Positions 51,767-64,000 of a DNA stretch of 64,000 nt are shown here, in pieces; position 1 is the first letter of the stretch; each line of letters begins with the position of its first letter. Both the position numbers and the translations under genes were made by a program. A model generated the notes under the pieces. The model ran no database searches. It saw nothing but the letters and a program-made list of their open reading frames with translations, and was not told the origin of the DNA. The DNA is from Eledone cirrhosa (Eukaryota), in NCBI GenBank assembly GCA_964016885.1, contig OZ024742.1, positions 142,414,001-142,478,000 of the forward strand. Reading direction: 5' to 3'.

Positions 51767-51863
51767 CTGGGCGTACTCTACCTGAAGCTTTAGCATGTAC
51801 AAATTTTTGTATCAGATACTGTACAGTCATGTCATTACAGTTATCTTTAAATTCATTATGTAC
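51767..51863 (-). CDS. FCHO2: FCHO1/2-like exon (F-BAR end: VHNEFKDNCNDMTVQYLIQKFVHAKASGRVRP)
   Basis: tgccag|GTA...CCA G|gtcagt; 97 nt, phase 0-1; similar to FCHO2 VHEEF...VESLIQKFAESKGTGKERPG. Confidence 0.92.
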
Positions 51864-51944
51864 CTGGCAATAAGAAATATTATTCATTGAACACAAAACA
51901 ACAAACATTCTAAGGTAATTTTCCATGTAAAAATAGGGGTTATC

Positions 51945-52375
51945 TTTCATGGTCCCATGTCAAGCTTCTTCATTTTTCCCTATTTGCATCCTTCCTCACC
52001 AACCTCCACTTTCCTTCTCCATCAATTTAGCCATATCTTTCTTGGTGTTCCCCTTCCTCCTCTACCTCCTACATTTCCATCAATCCTCTCACCTAGTCAC
52101 TTTACTCTTTTCTCAATACATAACCCAACCATCTCAATCTATTTCTCTTCACAACATTCATGACTGGTTCTATTCCCATTACTCCTCTCACCCAATCACT
52201 TGTATACTTCCAAAACACATAACCCAACCATTTCATTTTTCTTCACGACATCCATCTCTGGCTCTATTTCCATCATCTTTTCATTCATCTTCTGCTCTCT
52301 GAGCAATACTCTGCTCATGCACCAAATCATCCTCATGTCCATTCTTCCCAGCCTTCAATGCTGCTTAATATTCAT
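51945..52375 (-). mobile_element. Degenerate LINE RT C-terminal fragment (RTE-like, different family)
   Basis: Minus-strand translation gives RMDMRMI...GIEPVMNVVKRNRLRWLGYVLRK...GRGTPRKIW. Confidence 0.6.
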
Positions 52376-54188
52376 CACATAATTCATTGAAAATAATACA
52401 TATAAAAGAAAGGAGCTGATTATTAGATCATACCAAGAAAGCTATGTTCCTATTCCCCTTTCCACTGCTGATACTATCCACAAGTCACGACTCCTGCCAT
52501 AAGTGTCACTGCTTTTTCAACAAGAGGCAGGAATAGTAGTCGAAATGCACAGAGATGGAACAAATACCACAAAGCATCCCATCTATGTCTTTCATAATTC
52601 TTCCAAGCTACTGCCACTGGACTGGTACTTTATTGACCCCAAAAAGAGGAAAGTCAGACAGGATTTGAACTCAAAGTGCCGATACAAATACTGAAGACTT
52701 TAACCCAACACTCTAATGACTCTGCCAATTTGCCAGTAGGTTGATGTATCTCAAATAGTTTCAACAATGAGTGTTCCAGTTGTTCAATGAACAGAATTGA
52801 CTACTCAACAAATTAACTTGTAAATGACTAGACACATATACCTTTAATGCAATTCTCAGAAAGATTCAAAATAACACAATGTGTGACAAAACTGACTCTT
52901 TGAGTTAGGGGTATAGTCCCTCCAACAGGCTTCCTAACAGCTGTCGTCAACCCAATTTTACATAATAAGCTTGAGTTAATTCATGGCTATAGTAAAAGAA
53001 ATTTGCCCATGATCTCATGCAGTGGGATCAAACTCAGAACTTTATGAGTGCAAAGCAAACTTAACTATTTGGCCATACTGTATCCGAATGATAATGCTAA
53101 AAATATTGATTTAGGATGCTATGTTTACACTGATTGGTGAAGACTACAAAGAAGAAGGGTGAATATTTTGTTGTCATTGTCACAACTCACACCTGCATAG
53201 GTTAAGCCAGTCTTCTATGAGGTTGCTTAGGCGCTTTAACAATAGCAGCCCTAACCCTATCATGTTACCATTTTTCCAGTGACAGGATTTGAACCTAGAA
53301 CGTACAATATTGCAAGTCATCTCATCCGACATTCTAACATTCCCACTAATCCATCACCTAGGATTGGTAATATATTTTATCAACCTTGAAAGAATGAAAG
53401 GCAGATTTGAACTCAGAGCGCAGAAAATGGGAACAAATACCACAAGGCATTTAATGATTTAGTCAATTTACTGCCCGTCATCATGACAGATTGTAAGGTG
53501 GTTGTAGAGGTCCCATGACAAAAAGCACCCAGTCCATCCTGTATGGTGATTGGCATTAGGAAGGGAATCCAACCATAGAAAACCAAGCTAAAAACAGAAC
53601 ATATGAGCAAGAGCATCTGAGATGCCTGGCCTCATAATGTGATAGCCTATCTAATGCATGCAAGATGGAAAACAGATATTAAACTGTAATGATGATGATG
53701 ATGATGATATACTTATTTTATTTATTACATTTTTCATCATTCATGGCAAGCATTTTATGTATTTGCAAATTCAATTCAGTTACTCTCGCGTCTTGAATAA
53801 TCGATCACCCCCACCACCTCATGCCGCTTTATTAATTTTTCAGATTTTTTCCAATCATCCCACTCTTACTCCAACCCCTCTACTTATTAAATTTTGGTAA
53901 TATAACTCTGGCGAACTTTTATTTTAAGTGGCAGCATTCCTGTGACAGTTGATTTTCTTTATACATTAAAAACCTTATATATGCCAAAAACGTACATTAC
54001 TAGAAATCCCATACATTATAAAATATATAGGATGGTTGGGGGTCTCAATATGTAAACTAAACGACTAATTCTATTTTTTTTTTTTTAAAATCAATGGAGA
54101 TAACCTAGAAAAATTACTGATTTTCCAACACCTTACTGATTTTCCAGGTAATACTGAATGACAAAGTATTAAGAACTGACAAACTCAC

Positions 54189-54287
54189 CTGTCCAAGTAA
54201 GATGTGTTCGTTTACCCATGCTTTAGAATATATGTCTATGAATTTTTTCATCTGAGATGCATGTTCCTCTTCTAACTTTTGAAATTG
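54189..54287 (-). CDS. FCHO2: FCHO1/2-like exon (F-BAR: QFQKLEEEHASQMKKFIDIYSKAWVNEHILLGQ)
   Basis: ttccag|CAA...GGA CAG|gtgagt; 99 nt, phase 0-0; similar to FCHO2 KFQDIEETHL...LQIGQ. Confidence 0.92.
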
Positions 54288-54435
54288 CTGGAATCAAAAA
54301 TAGACCAAAATTATCATTTAAATAAAAAAAAGGATAACATTGATCATTATTATCATCGGTACTCAAGTGAAGACTCAGAACTCCAGGTGAGCTGGGGGCC
54401 TGATATACAATCCTGTATGCATTTTATCATGGTAC

Positions 54436-55109
54436 CTACAGATTAAAAAGAAACGAAGCTTGCATGCTCCGATGGATATGTAATAGTAATATACGTGAAT
54501 GGCAAAGCATAAATGAATTAAGAGAGACATTAAGCATAAGAGGAATCAAATGTTGTGTGCAGGAGAGGAGATTACACTGGTATGGACATGTGATGCATAT
54601 GAAGGATGACAGTTGCATAAAAAGGTGCAGAGCACTAAAAATCGACGGAATCCTTGAAGTGGGAGACCCAAGAAGACCTGGAATGAGGGGATAAAAACCG
54701 ACCTTGCCCAATTGCACCTCTCAAAGGTGATGACACGGGACTGAGACCTCTGGCGTTACGCAGTAATACAGAATACCCAAGTTCCCACGGGTACAAGCTG
54801 AAGCTGAAGTATATAGACAGTATGCCTCTACGCCCCTCCCACTGTAAAATGGTCGTGGAGGTGTCACGACAAAAAGCACCCAGTCCACACTGTAAAATGG
54901 TCGTGTAGGTACCACGGTAAAAAAGCACCCAGTACGCACTGTAAATGAAGTTGGTGTTAGGAAGGGCATCCAACTGTAGAAACCAAGCCAAAATCAGTCT
55001 TATATGAGCAAGACATGGTCACCTGACCTGGCATTGCCCACAACAGGACAACTCGTCTAACCCATGCTTGTGTGGAGACATTGACGTAAAACGGTGATGA
55101 TGATGATGA
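54436..55109 (+). mobile_element. 5'-truncated RTE LINE 3' fragment
   Basis: MLRWICNSNIRE...RRLHWYGHVM; 3' UTR repeats and (TGA)n tail like 12200-12860. Confidence 0.9.
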
Positions 55110-55974
55110 CCTACACTAGGAAATTTGTCATGTCTTTGACATGACTGAAGAACTTTCCCAACCCTTTGTTTGGTAGGTTTTCTACAGCTGGATACCCTTC
55201 CTATAACCAACCACTTTACAGTGTGTACTGTGTACATTTATTGTGTAAATCATCAACAGTAGGGAGGTGGTCATGTCTAGGACAGTGAAGGAAAAAATAG
55301 GATTCAATTTTTTGAAAAGCATGTAAGATCAAATGTCAGTCCCAAATCTGGAGACTCATTAAGCCAAAGTTTATTTTATTTTCATGTAGTGTTAAGCAAC
55401 TGAGAACACAAAACTCCGCTTTCTCCCTGGGCAGGACAGCAGTCCATTGCAGGGGTAACTCCTAACTTCTACTGGTACTCATATTTTTCCAGGTAAGAAA
55501 ACTGGAACAATATGGAATGAACTGTCTTGCTCAAAGAAACAATGTGTCGTTTAGTCCAGGAATCATACTCACAACCATAAGACCATGAGCCAAACATCCT
55601 AACAACTAGATAGCAAAAGAAAGAAGAAAACATTTATTAAAGTTTTGAATTTTTATATTTTGGATAAATTACCAAAATATACTAAAGTACAACAGTCATT
55701 CACAATTAAGGATGAATTGGTAGCATTTGCTAATGGTTTTAGGTGCTTGTATAATCTAGAGCAGACAGACTGCCACTCAACCATCCGTCCTTGACCCAGT
55801 GGAATAATCCAGAATGTTATAGCAGAAAGGAGAGAAGGTTTCACTAGTACTAGAGTAGTACTTTTGTTTATCAACCTTGAAAGAAGGAGAAACAAAGATA
55901 ACCTCAGCAGGATTTGAACCCTGACTACTGTAAGCTGGAACAAATATTGTACTACATTCAAAGCAAATAGTTCT

Positions 55975-56125
55975 GAGGTTAAGAAGCTTGCTTTGCAACC
56001 ACATCACTTTGAATTGTATTCCATTGTGTATCACCTTGGGCAGGTGTTTTCAAGTATAGCTCCAAAAAAGCCCATACCTTGTGAGTGAATTTGGTATATA
56101 GAAACTGTATAAAGCCTGTCATATA
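55975..56125 (+). mobile_element. SINE family D (also about 18685-18830, 22145-22290, 52925-53080)
   Basis: ggttaagaag-ttgct...caccttgggca-gtgt...tatagc...ccttgtgagtgaatttggta-a-agaaactg recurring. Confidence 0.65.
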
Positions 56126-56128
56126 CAA

Positions 56129-56163
<35 letters not shown>

Positions 56164-56934
56164 TGTTTGAGTGCATGCATGTTCCAGTGTATGTATGCCA
56201 GCAACCAAAAATGACATAGCACTATTTATAAAGCCTGCGGTGACAGTTCTTTATGTCCTCCATAGATAATACATCCTGCAGCATAGTAGTTCAACAATTA
56301 CCAACAACATGTACAGTACTTAGAATAGAGTATCAGTTGGTATAAGGAAGGACACCTAACAATTGAAAAGAAATCTCATGATGGTGACGATGAGGAGGGG
56401 TAGGAGGAGGAGAGAATAATGATAGTGGTGATGAAGGGGCTGATTGTGATGATAATACTATATAATCCAGGAAACATTCTAACAACTCAGCCAGCCTTTA
56501 CTCTAAACTTTCTTTAAGTGTTCACCTTGAGTGTATTAATATTAAAAAGACATAATTTTCTTCTCCTGTTGATATAAACCTTATTCAGATATATAAGAAT
56601 AAAAGGAGGTTATTTATGAATAAAATAGTTATAAATTCAAAGTTAGAATTAAATAGAAGAAAGAGAGGGCACAGAACATGGACAACCCTTCATGTTCTTT
56701 CAATGCCATCTGGTGTGTTAGCATTGAGAGTGATCAACTGAAATACATGGGGACTTGCTTAAGGGCTTTCCAAGCCTATTAGTATCTCTCTGCTGAGTCC
56801 TTTGGTTACCTATTTCTTGGTTACCTATTTCTAAAATGTACACAGTCTATGCTGTAAAGTGGTTGGTGATAGGAAGAGCATCCAGTTAGAAAACTTCCCA
56901 AAAATCCATGACTAGCACATCATTATTATTATCT

Positions 56935-57112
56935 GGCAGTATCGGTAGAGGGTCGGACGCCATGCTTCCCAGCATAGTTACGTCCCTTTACGATCTGAGT
57001 TCAAATACCGCCGAGGTTGACTTTGCCTTTCATCCTTACGGGGTCCATAAAATAAAGTACCAGTAATGCACTGGGTAATTGCTGGCCTTGTGCCTAAAGT
57101 AGAAACAATTAT
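56935..57112 (+). mobile_element. SINE family B (other copies on minus strand at 21295-21482, 24600-24780, 38690-38854; many degraded copies)
   Basis: B-box gagttcaaat, central gaggttgactttgcctttcatccttacggggtc-ataaaataaagtaccag; short direct repeat attattatc on both flanks. Confidence 0.8.
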
Positions 57113-57929
57113 TATCATTTTAACATCTGCTTTCCCTACTAGCAAGGGTTGGAGAGGTCCATGACAACTCATCCAACCTTTGCTAGCAGAGAAATTTAAT
57201 GTTAAATGATTGTTTCATTTATATATATATATATCATCATCATCACCATTTTACATCCGTTCTTCCACGCTAGCATAGGTTAGATGGGTTGTCCTGTTGT
57301 GGGTAGTAGCCACTCAGCTGACCATGCCTTGTTCATACGGGAACTGATATATATATATAAACACACAGTCCACGCTGTAATGTGGCCGTGTAGGTCCACA
57401 CTGTAAACGTTGGTTGGTGTTAGGAAGGGCATCCAGCCGTAGAAAACCCGCCAGACAGTCCTATACGAGCAAGACAACCAATCTTGCCTCAAGTGGGAAA
57501 ATTCCCGTCCAAACCCATGCTAGCGTGGAAGATGGACGTTAAACGATGATGATGATGATGATGATATATATATATATCATTCCTGATGATTTCTTTTGAA
57601 TAAAACAGTTCTAGTCTTATAAAAGCCATTTCTATATTAAACTTGATGTTTACACTCTAATGATGTACTTATAACTTTACTAACTGTGGTTACCCGCGAT
57701 AAACCTTCAGTCTCCCATATATTCTTGAGTAACTCTAGCAAAAATTCAGTAAAAATGTCAGTAAAGATTCAATAAAAATTATGAAACAGTGTTATCATCT
57801 AATGACTTAAAATTAGCTAATAGGAAGTTCAATTGATGAGAGCAATATGAAAGATTTTTGTTAAGGGATACAGTAGACTGTTGTAATATGAAACAAAGAC
57901 AGAAGTTAAGCACTCCCAGAAAATAAAGA

Positions 57930-58215
57930 GTGGCCTAATCGAGTTCGCTCAAGGTTAAGCTGGTCAAGACATTTTCCTCGTCCTGAAGTCCCCAGATAAA
58001 TTGAACAAGGAGGTATAGATTTCCCTGTCCCTGAGTCTGAAGGACTATATATGACGATCAAACCTTCCCTTGAAGGCATTGGCTGTGTATTTCATGCAGT
58101 TTCTCAGGATACCTTTATGTAGAATGAGAGCCACCCTATAAACCACTGTTTTGGAAAGGTGGATTATTTTCAGTGGACAAGATTTTGACAATTACAGGTC
58201 AGCATCTTGGATATG
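57930..58215 (+). mobile_element. Possible degenerate DIRS-type tyrosine recombinase fragment
   Basis: Across frameshifts: LVKT...PV-SLKDYI...FHAVSQDTL...SVDKILTITG, reminiscent of CPV-ALK-Y / AVSKDT / I---AGW motifs. Confidence 0.35.
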
Positions 58216-58545
58216 GGCTGTGTATATGTATACTTTTTTTTCTGTCATAACATGCAATTTTGAAAGTAATGTAATCCAGACAGAAATAACTAACCATAAC
58301 ATTATGAACATTAAAAAAGCCTGTGGTATTTATATGTCTTGGAAATGATAACTATTGAAGAATAAAAAGCTCTTGGTTATTTTCATAGAGACATCTAGGT
58401 TGAGTGGAAGATTGAACCAAGTTCATTTCCCTTCCCTCAGGGGTGGGTGGAAGATCCTTTGTACACACTAATAACTCACTAAAGTCACTACTCACTAATA
58501 CCTCATTTTGACAGAAAAGTGCAGTGATGGCAATGTTTTACTTAC

Positions 58546-58625
58546 ATCACAAGATTGAGACATTTTACTCTCAAAATCATCCCGTACTGTTGCATATTTA
58601 TCAACTAGATTTTGGTACTCATCAT
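58546..58625 (-). CDS. FCHO2: FCHO1/2-like exon (F-BAR: DEYQNLVDKYATVRDDFESKMSQSCD)
   Basis: tgtcag|AT...TGT GAT|gtaagt; 80 nt, phase 1-0; similar to FCHO2 [21 protein letters not shown]. Confidence 0.9.
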
Positions 58626-59149
58626 CTGACAGAAATTAAGAACAGAACAGAGATTAAATTAATAGAGATAATCATATAGAAGCAACTGTAAATACCATTA
58701 CCAAAAATTAACAATTCACAAAAAAATATATATATAGTTTTTATATTCTAGTAGGTTTTACTTTCATAAATAATAATGAATAATAAAATAACAAATATTT
58801 AATTAAGGAAAAAAATGCTAAGATAAAAAAAATATTTAAATTAAATAAACTCCAGCCCTTGCTAGCAGGGAAAATGGATATTAAATGATGATGAATCACT
58901 CCTATCCACCACCATTCGACTAGCTGTCTGATAGACACGGTCCTGTGCTCCCGCCTTTTTCCTTTTCCTTTCTGCTTACACACTTACACACATCAATACA
59001 TATCCTCCTAGATCATGAATCTCAATTCACTACTCTGCGAATCGTTTAACGACTGCACAGGGCAGACGTGGACTCCATAAGCTGTAGTGAAAGCAACCCA
59101 TCTAGGAGAGCAGTGACCCCAATATAAAAATGACTGCAGAGCATAGATA

Positions 59150-62100
59150 GGCTCTGTATGCCATAGTGAAGGCCACCCCTCTAGGAAAGTAGACACCCCA
59201 AATAAAAACTGACACAGGGTGGAGAGGACACTTAAGTCTGGTAAGACAACCTCTCTAGTGCTGGTGGCATGAACAATGCGCCCAAGCCACGCTGTAAAGT
59301 GATTGGTGATATGAAGGGCATCCAGCCAGTAAAACCCTACCAAAATTATGAAAAACATGACCAATATGATTTCCACTAGTTGCAAACATAGGGCTAACAC
59401 AAGTCATGTTAGTGCTGCACATAGTAGTGGGGTGGCTAGATTAGCCATGTGCGAGAACCTCTCGACCGTCATCAAGCATTCACACAGCCACTTTCCCTTT
59501 CAGGTACATAGAACCTCTAACCAAAGAAGTAACAACAACTATCAATGTACAAATCTCAGTACTGCCACCCTCAATGTTGGTACTCTGAAAGGCAGATCAG
59601 GTGAAATTGTGGAACTGTTAGAGAGAAGAGGAGTAGATGTATGCTGTGTACAAGAAGTGAGATGGAGGCATGCCTCAGTGAGACTAATAACAGGCAAGGA
59701 ACTTAAATATAAACTATTGGATAGGAAATGACAATGGGGTAGTAGGTAGAGGCATCCTACAAGCTGAGAAATGGATAGATAAGGTGATAGAGGTAGTTAG
59801 AGTAAGTGACAGAATCATCAAGCTTAGATTAACTGTAGGAAATAGACTGGTGACAATCACATCTACCTATGCTCTGCAAGTAGGACTGGGTAAAGAATAA
59901 AAGGACAGGTTCTATGAGGAACTTTTACAGACAACTTCAGGTATTGATGAAAGAGACCTCATCATCCTGGCAGGCGACTTTAATGGACATGTGGGACAGT
60001 ACCAGGATGGATTCAGCAAAGTTCATGGTGGCTATGGTTATGGCTCAAGGAATGAAGAGGGGCTGAGACTCCTGCAAGTTTGTGATGCAAATGAACTAAC
60101 CATCGGCAACACAAATTTCTGGAAATCAACCAACCACCTGATTTCATATCAATCTGGTGAACACACAAGCTAAATTGATTACTTACTTGTTAGACAACAA
60201 GACAAACAGACTGTAATAAATACTAAGGTCTTCCCTGGGGAAGAATGCACTGCTCAGCACAAGTTAGTTATTAGTGACATCAAAATAAACAAATGACAGA
60301 ACAAGACATACAGGAAAATATAGAGATGGGGGGTGTCGAAGCTAAAGGTCCTCTCGGTTAAATACAGGTTTAGAAAGGCCCTACAAGATGCACTTGATGA
60401 GAGGTGTGTGTGTGACAACCTAGATACATACAACGTAGAGAACAAATTCTTATGTGATAACCTTTTGCAAATTACTGGTGAGACTTGTGACTGGAGTAAA
60501 GCACTAGCCAGACAGGGCATGACCTGGTGGTGGAACAGCACAGTAGATGCAGCCATTAAAGCCAAGAGACAGACATGAAAAAACTGGAAAAATGGGGGTG
60601 GCAGAGACCGAAACCAAGTAGTTGAGAAAGAAGCTAGGTGACAGGTATACACAGCTCAGAGAGAGGCTGAAGAAAGTAAATTTGCCAATGTTTTGAGACG
60701 TGAGGATCAGAGGCATGAAGTGTTCCATATTGCAAGGCAGTGTGTTAGTGTGAATCAAGATGTTGTTAAGAAAAAATGTGCTAGAAATGACGTTGATGCA
60801 CTTAGCACCACTGAGGCCCAAAAGAAAGAGGCCTGGAAATGTTACTATGAGATTGATGAATGTAGAGAATGAATGGGAAGAAGAAGAGAAACTACCCACA
60901 ACTTACCCAAAGGAAGGACCAGCTATTGAAGTGATAGTTTTATAGTGAAAAACGCAATCAAGGAAATGAAAAATGGACCATCAGAAATAGTTGCTGAGAT
61001 GCTAAAAGCATTGGGAGAGGTAAGAGTCAAACTAGTAACCCGTATAGTAAATTCAAATAATACATGACAGAGTCATACCCAATGACTGGTACACCAGTAC
61101 AATCATAAATTGCTACAAGGGCAAAGGTGATGCTCTAGAAAAGAGCAGCTATAGAGAAATAAAACGTTATGAAAGTGACTGAAAAAGTTATAGCGCAGCT
61201 AATTAGGGAAAGAGTTAAAATAGATGAGATGCAGTTTGGTTTCATGTCTGGAAAAAGTACTATAGATGCCCTCTTCTTAATGAGGCAACTACAAGAGAAG
61301 TTCCTAACCAAAAAATAAATCACTATATTTAGCTTTTGCTGATCTAGAAGAAAGCTTCTGACAGAGTACCTTGATTTACCATCTGGTGGTTCTTGAGCAA
61401 ATTAGGTGCAGAAGAATGGCTTGTGAGAACAGTGCAAGCCATGTACAGAGAAACTGTCAGAAAAGTGAGAGTAAGAAATGAGTTCATCATAGTTCTTCAA
61501 GCCATAACAGAGGCGTTTAAAATGGGCTGCCAATAGGAGCTTCTCTATGCAGACGATTTCGTCCTTATAGCTGAAACCAAAAAAGAGCTAGAAAATAAAT
61601 TCCAATTATGGAACCTGAATTTGGAATCAAAAGGCCTAAGAGTAAACTTAGCCAAAACTAAAGTGATAGTGAGTAGGTGAGAAGACAGGACCCAGATTCC
61701 CTCAGAGAAGTGGCTATGTTCAATATGCAGAAAAGGAGTAGGTATGAACTCCATACAATGTAAATATTGGGTACACAAAAGATGTTGTGGGATAACGAGT
61801 AGACCAACAGGAAGGGAGAACTTTGCTTGTAGAAGATGCACAGGAGAAATCAAGAGGAAGACTAAAAATGATATAAACGTTTTCCAGTCACAGGAAGGAT
61901 CCAGACGTGGTTGATAGCTTCTTCTATCTAGGTGACCTAATTCGCAGTGGAGGAGCGTGCGACTAGAGTATAATAGCTAGAATAAGGCTAGGATGGAAAA
62001 AGTTTAGAGAACAAAAGGTTTCTTCCTACGTACAAAAGGAAGGCTATATGACACCTGCGTGCAGTGCACGATGCTGCATGTTAGTGAAACAAGGGCTGTG

Positions 62101-62497
62101 ACCGCAGAGGCCATGCGTAGACTGGGGAGAAATGAAGCAACCATGTTTCGTTGGATGTGCAATGTGAAAGAAAGGCAAAGCTTGGACAAGCTGAGAGAAG
62201 CTGAGCTTAAGAGGAATCCAAGATGGCATGCAGGAGAGAAGGCTACGTTGGTATGGACATATGATGCACATGGACTATGACTGATGGGTGAAGAAATGCC
62301 ATTAAATCGCAGTGGAAGGAAACCACAATAGAGGACACCCCAAAAAGACCTGGTCAGAGGTTGAGAGCAGACCTCAAATCACTAAGACTGGCAGAGGATA
62401 TGACGAAGGAATGCAGCAAGTGGAGAGATGCCATGCTGAGAAGAACTCGTCCAACCATGCATGGAAAAGTGGACGTAGAAACGATGATGATGATGAT
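59150..62497 (+). mobile_element. Older full-length degenerate RTE LINE (5' boundary approximate)
   Basis: ATLNVGTL, CCVQEVRW, GDFNGHVG, WWWN, QFGF, YADD, RLRWYGH with many stops and frameshifts; (GAT)n tail at about 62483-62497. Confidence 0.92.
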
Positions 62498-63445
62498 ATA
62501 TAGTGTATGTGATTCAGTGAATTACTGTACTTCTTTTAATCACCAATTGAGTCGGGTCCATAACTTCTATGAGACAATCTGATGAAGATAAAAGATCAAC
62601 TAAGGTCCCAGCAAAACAGAGAGTGACATTACAGTGGAATGATAGGACTGATACGGCCACAAAAGCAAAGTGATAGGTCTAGAAAGACTAAAAAAAGTGA
62701 GGGACAAACAACAATACCAAATAGCTAGAAGAAAGGCTAAGAAGCATCAGATATACTTAGCAAGGGAAGAGACAAAAAAGAAGTTTGCACATGCTCAACA
62801 ACCTAAGCTTTATGAGTAAAATTGTGTAGATGGAAACTGTGTGGAAATATATTGGATGGATTGTACCTGTAATCCTTGACACACGTGCCATGCTGATTCA
62901 GTCTAAGGATTACAATAAGGGTAGCTGTGTGGAATACTCAGCCACTTTACATGCTAATTCAATAAGCAGGACAGTTGATCAACCAACTGAACATTCAAAT
63001 ATTCTCAACATGAGAGCCTCTTATTATCATCATGTATGTTTTGTAACAGATACGATTTTAAATTGACCGAGATTATATTTCCAATATTAAAATATTTGGG
63101 AAGGTCAAACTAACATGTAATTTATTAACCTACATAATATCTACTGTTCCTGAATGGATTTTCAGGTCATCAATGGGTCATAAAACACAATTCTATCACA
63201 TATAAATTTAGATTATTTACATTTATCTAAAAAAAAATTTCATATAATTTTATGTAAGAACTTTTGTTAAGTTAATTATAGTAGTAAATCCCTCCTAATT
63301 CTTAATTATTTCCAAAAATTATAGGCTATATATTTATTAGAAATATGATAACAAATGGGTTAAGACATATATAAATATCCAAGATTAGAAACATTCAAAA
63401 TTAAATTAAATAATGTAAACAGATAAACATATAAATGTAACTAAC

Positions 63446-63470
63446 TTGCTTTCCGGAACTTGCTTTCAGC
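63446..63470 (-). CDS. FCHO2: FCHO1/2-like gene, first visible exon (F-BAR, AESKFRKA); gene continues beyond window
   Basis: ttgcag|GCT GAA AGC AAG TTC CGG AAA GCA A|gttag; 25 nt, phase 0-1; joins next exon in frame; resembles vertebrate FCHO2 AAVKSKKA. Confidence 0.8.
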
Positions 63471-64000
63471 CTGCAATTTGATAGAAAAAAAAAAAAAAAG
63501 TTATGAATGAAACTGAAAATATCAAGAAAAACATAATAAAATAATACATTATTGGTACATTAGCAGTGTTTTTTTTTTATGCTCTAGGAAACTATAAAAT
63601 AAACATACAAATTTTAACCATCATTGTCTGTGCCATCAACATCATTATTTTACACCTAATTTTCCATGCTGGCATGGGTCAGACAGGTCATTATAGACCA
63701 AGTCAGTGCTTTATCAGAGTCAGTCCTCCTAGATGGGTTGGAGGACCTGTTTCATGTGAATATGTTCCTTTTTTGGCATAATTTCTATGGCTTTTTATAT
63801 GACTTGACATGACTGGACAGTCCTAATTAAAATTAATTAGTTTCAGTGGACAGTCATAAACTGTCACAGATATATCAAATATTAAAATCAATGTACCTAA
63901 TTTAATAAAGTGCTTTATAATAGTGGTTTTAAATACAATTTCACAGTGATCAGTTAAGAACAAGGTAAAAAGATGCTGATGAGAATGTTAATAATATTAA

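Overview
AT-rich, microsatellite- and retroelement-rich animal DNA; the repeat content (RTE LINEs with (TGA)n tails, tRNA-derived SINEs, long (TA)n/(CA)n tracts) suggests an octopus or other coleoid cephalopod (inference). The window is spanned by one minus-strand protein-coding gene, an FCHO1/2 (muniscin) orthologue. I traced 20 coding exons from 63470 down to the TGA stop at 8983-8985, with splice phases that all join in frame (757 aa visible). They encode the C-terminal half of the F-BAR domain, the AP2-activating linker and the mu-homology domain; the 5' exons lie beyond position 64000. Notable gene features are a probable U12-type (minor spliceosome) intron, an in-frame alternative donor adding 82 aa, symmetric cassette exons and a 22-nt micro-exon. 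The introns hold several RTE LINE copies, one with a twin-priming-type 5' inversion, plus R4-like, CRE-like and possibly DIRS-like relics, several SINE families and piggyBac/mariner/hAT-type MITEs. There is also a set of foldback palindromes carrying half hammerhead-ribozyme motifs, probably Penelope-like remnants. Most ORFs in the supplied track are microsatellite or antisense artefacts.
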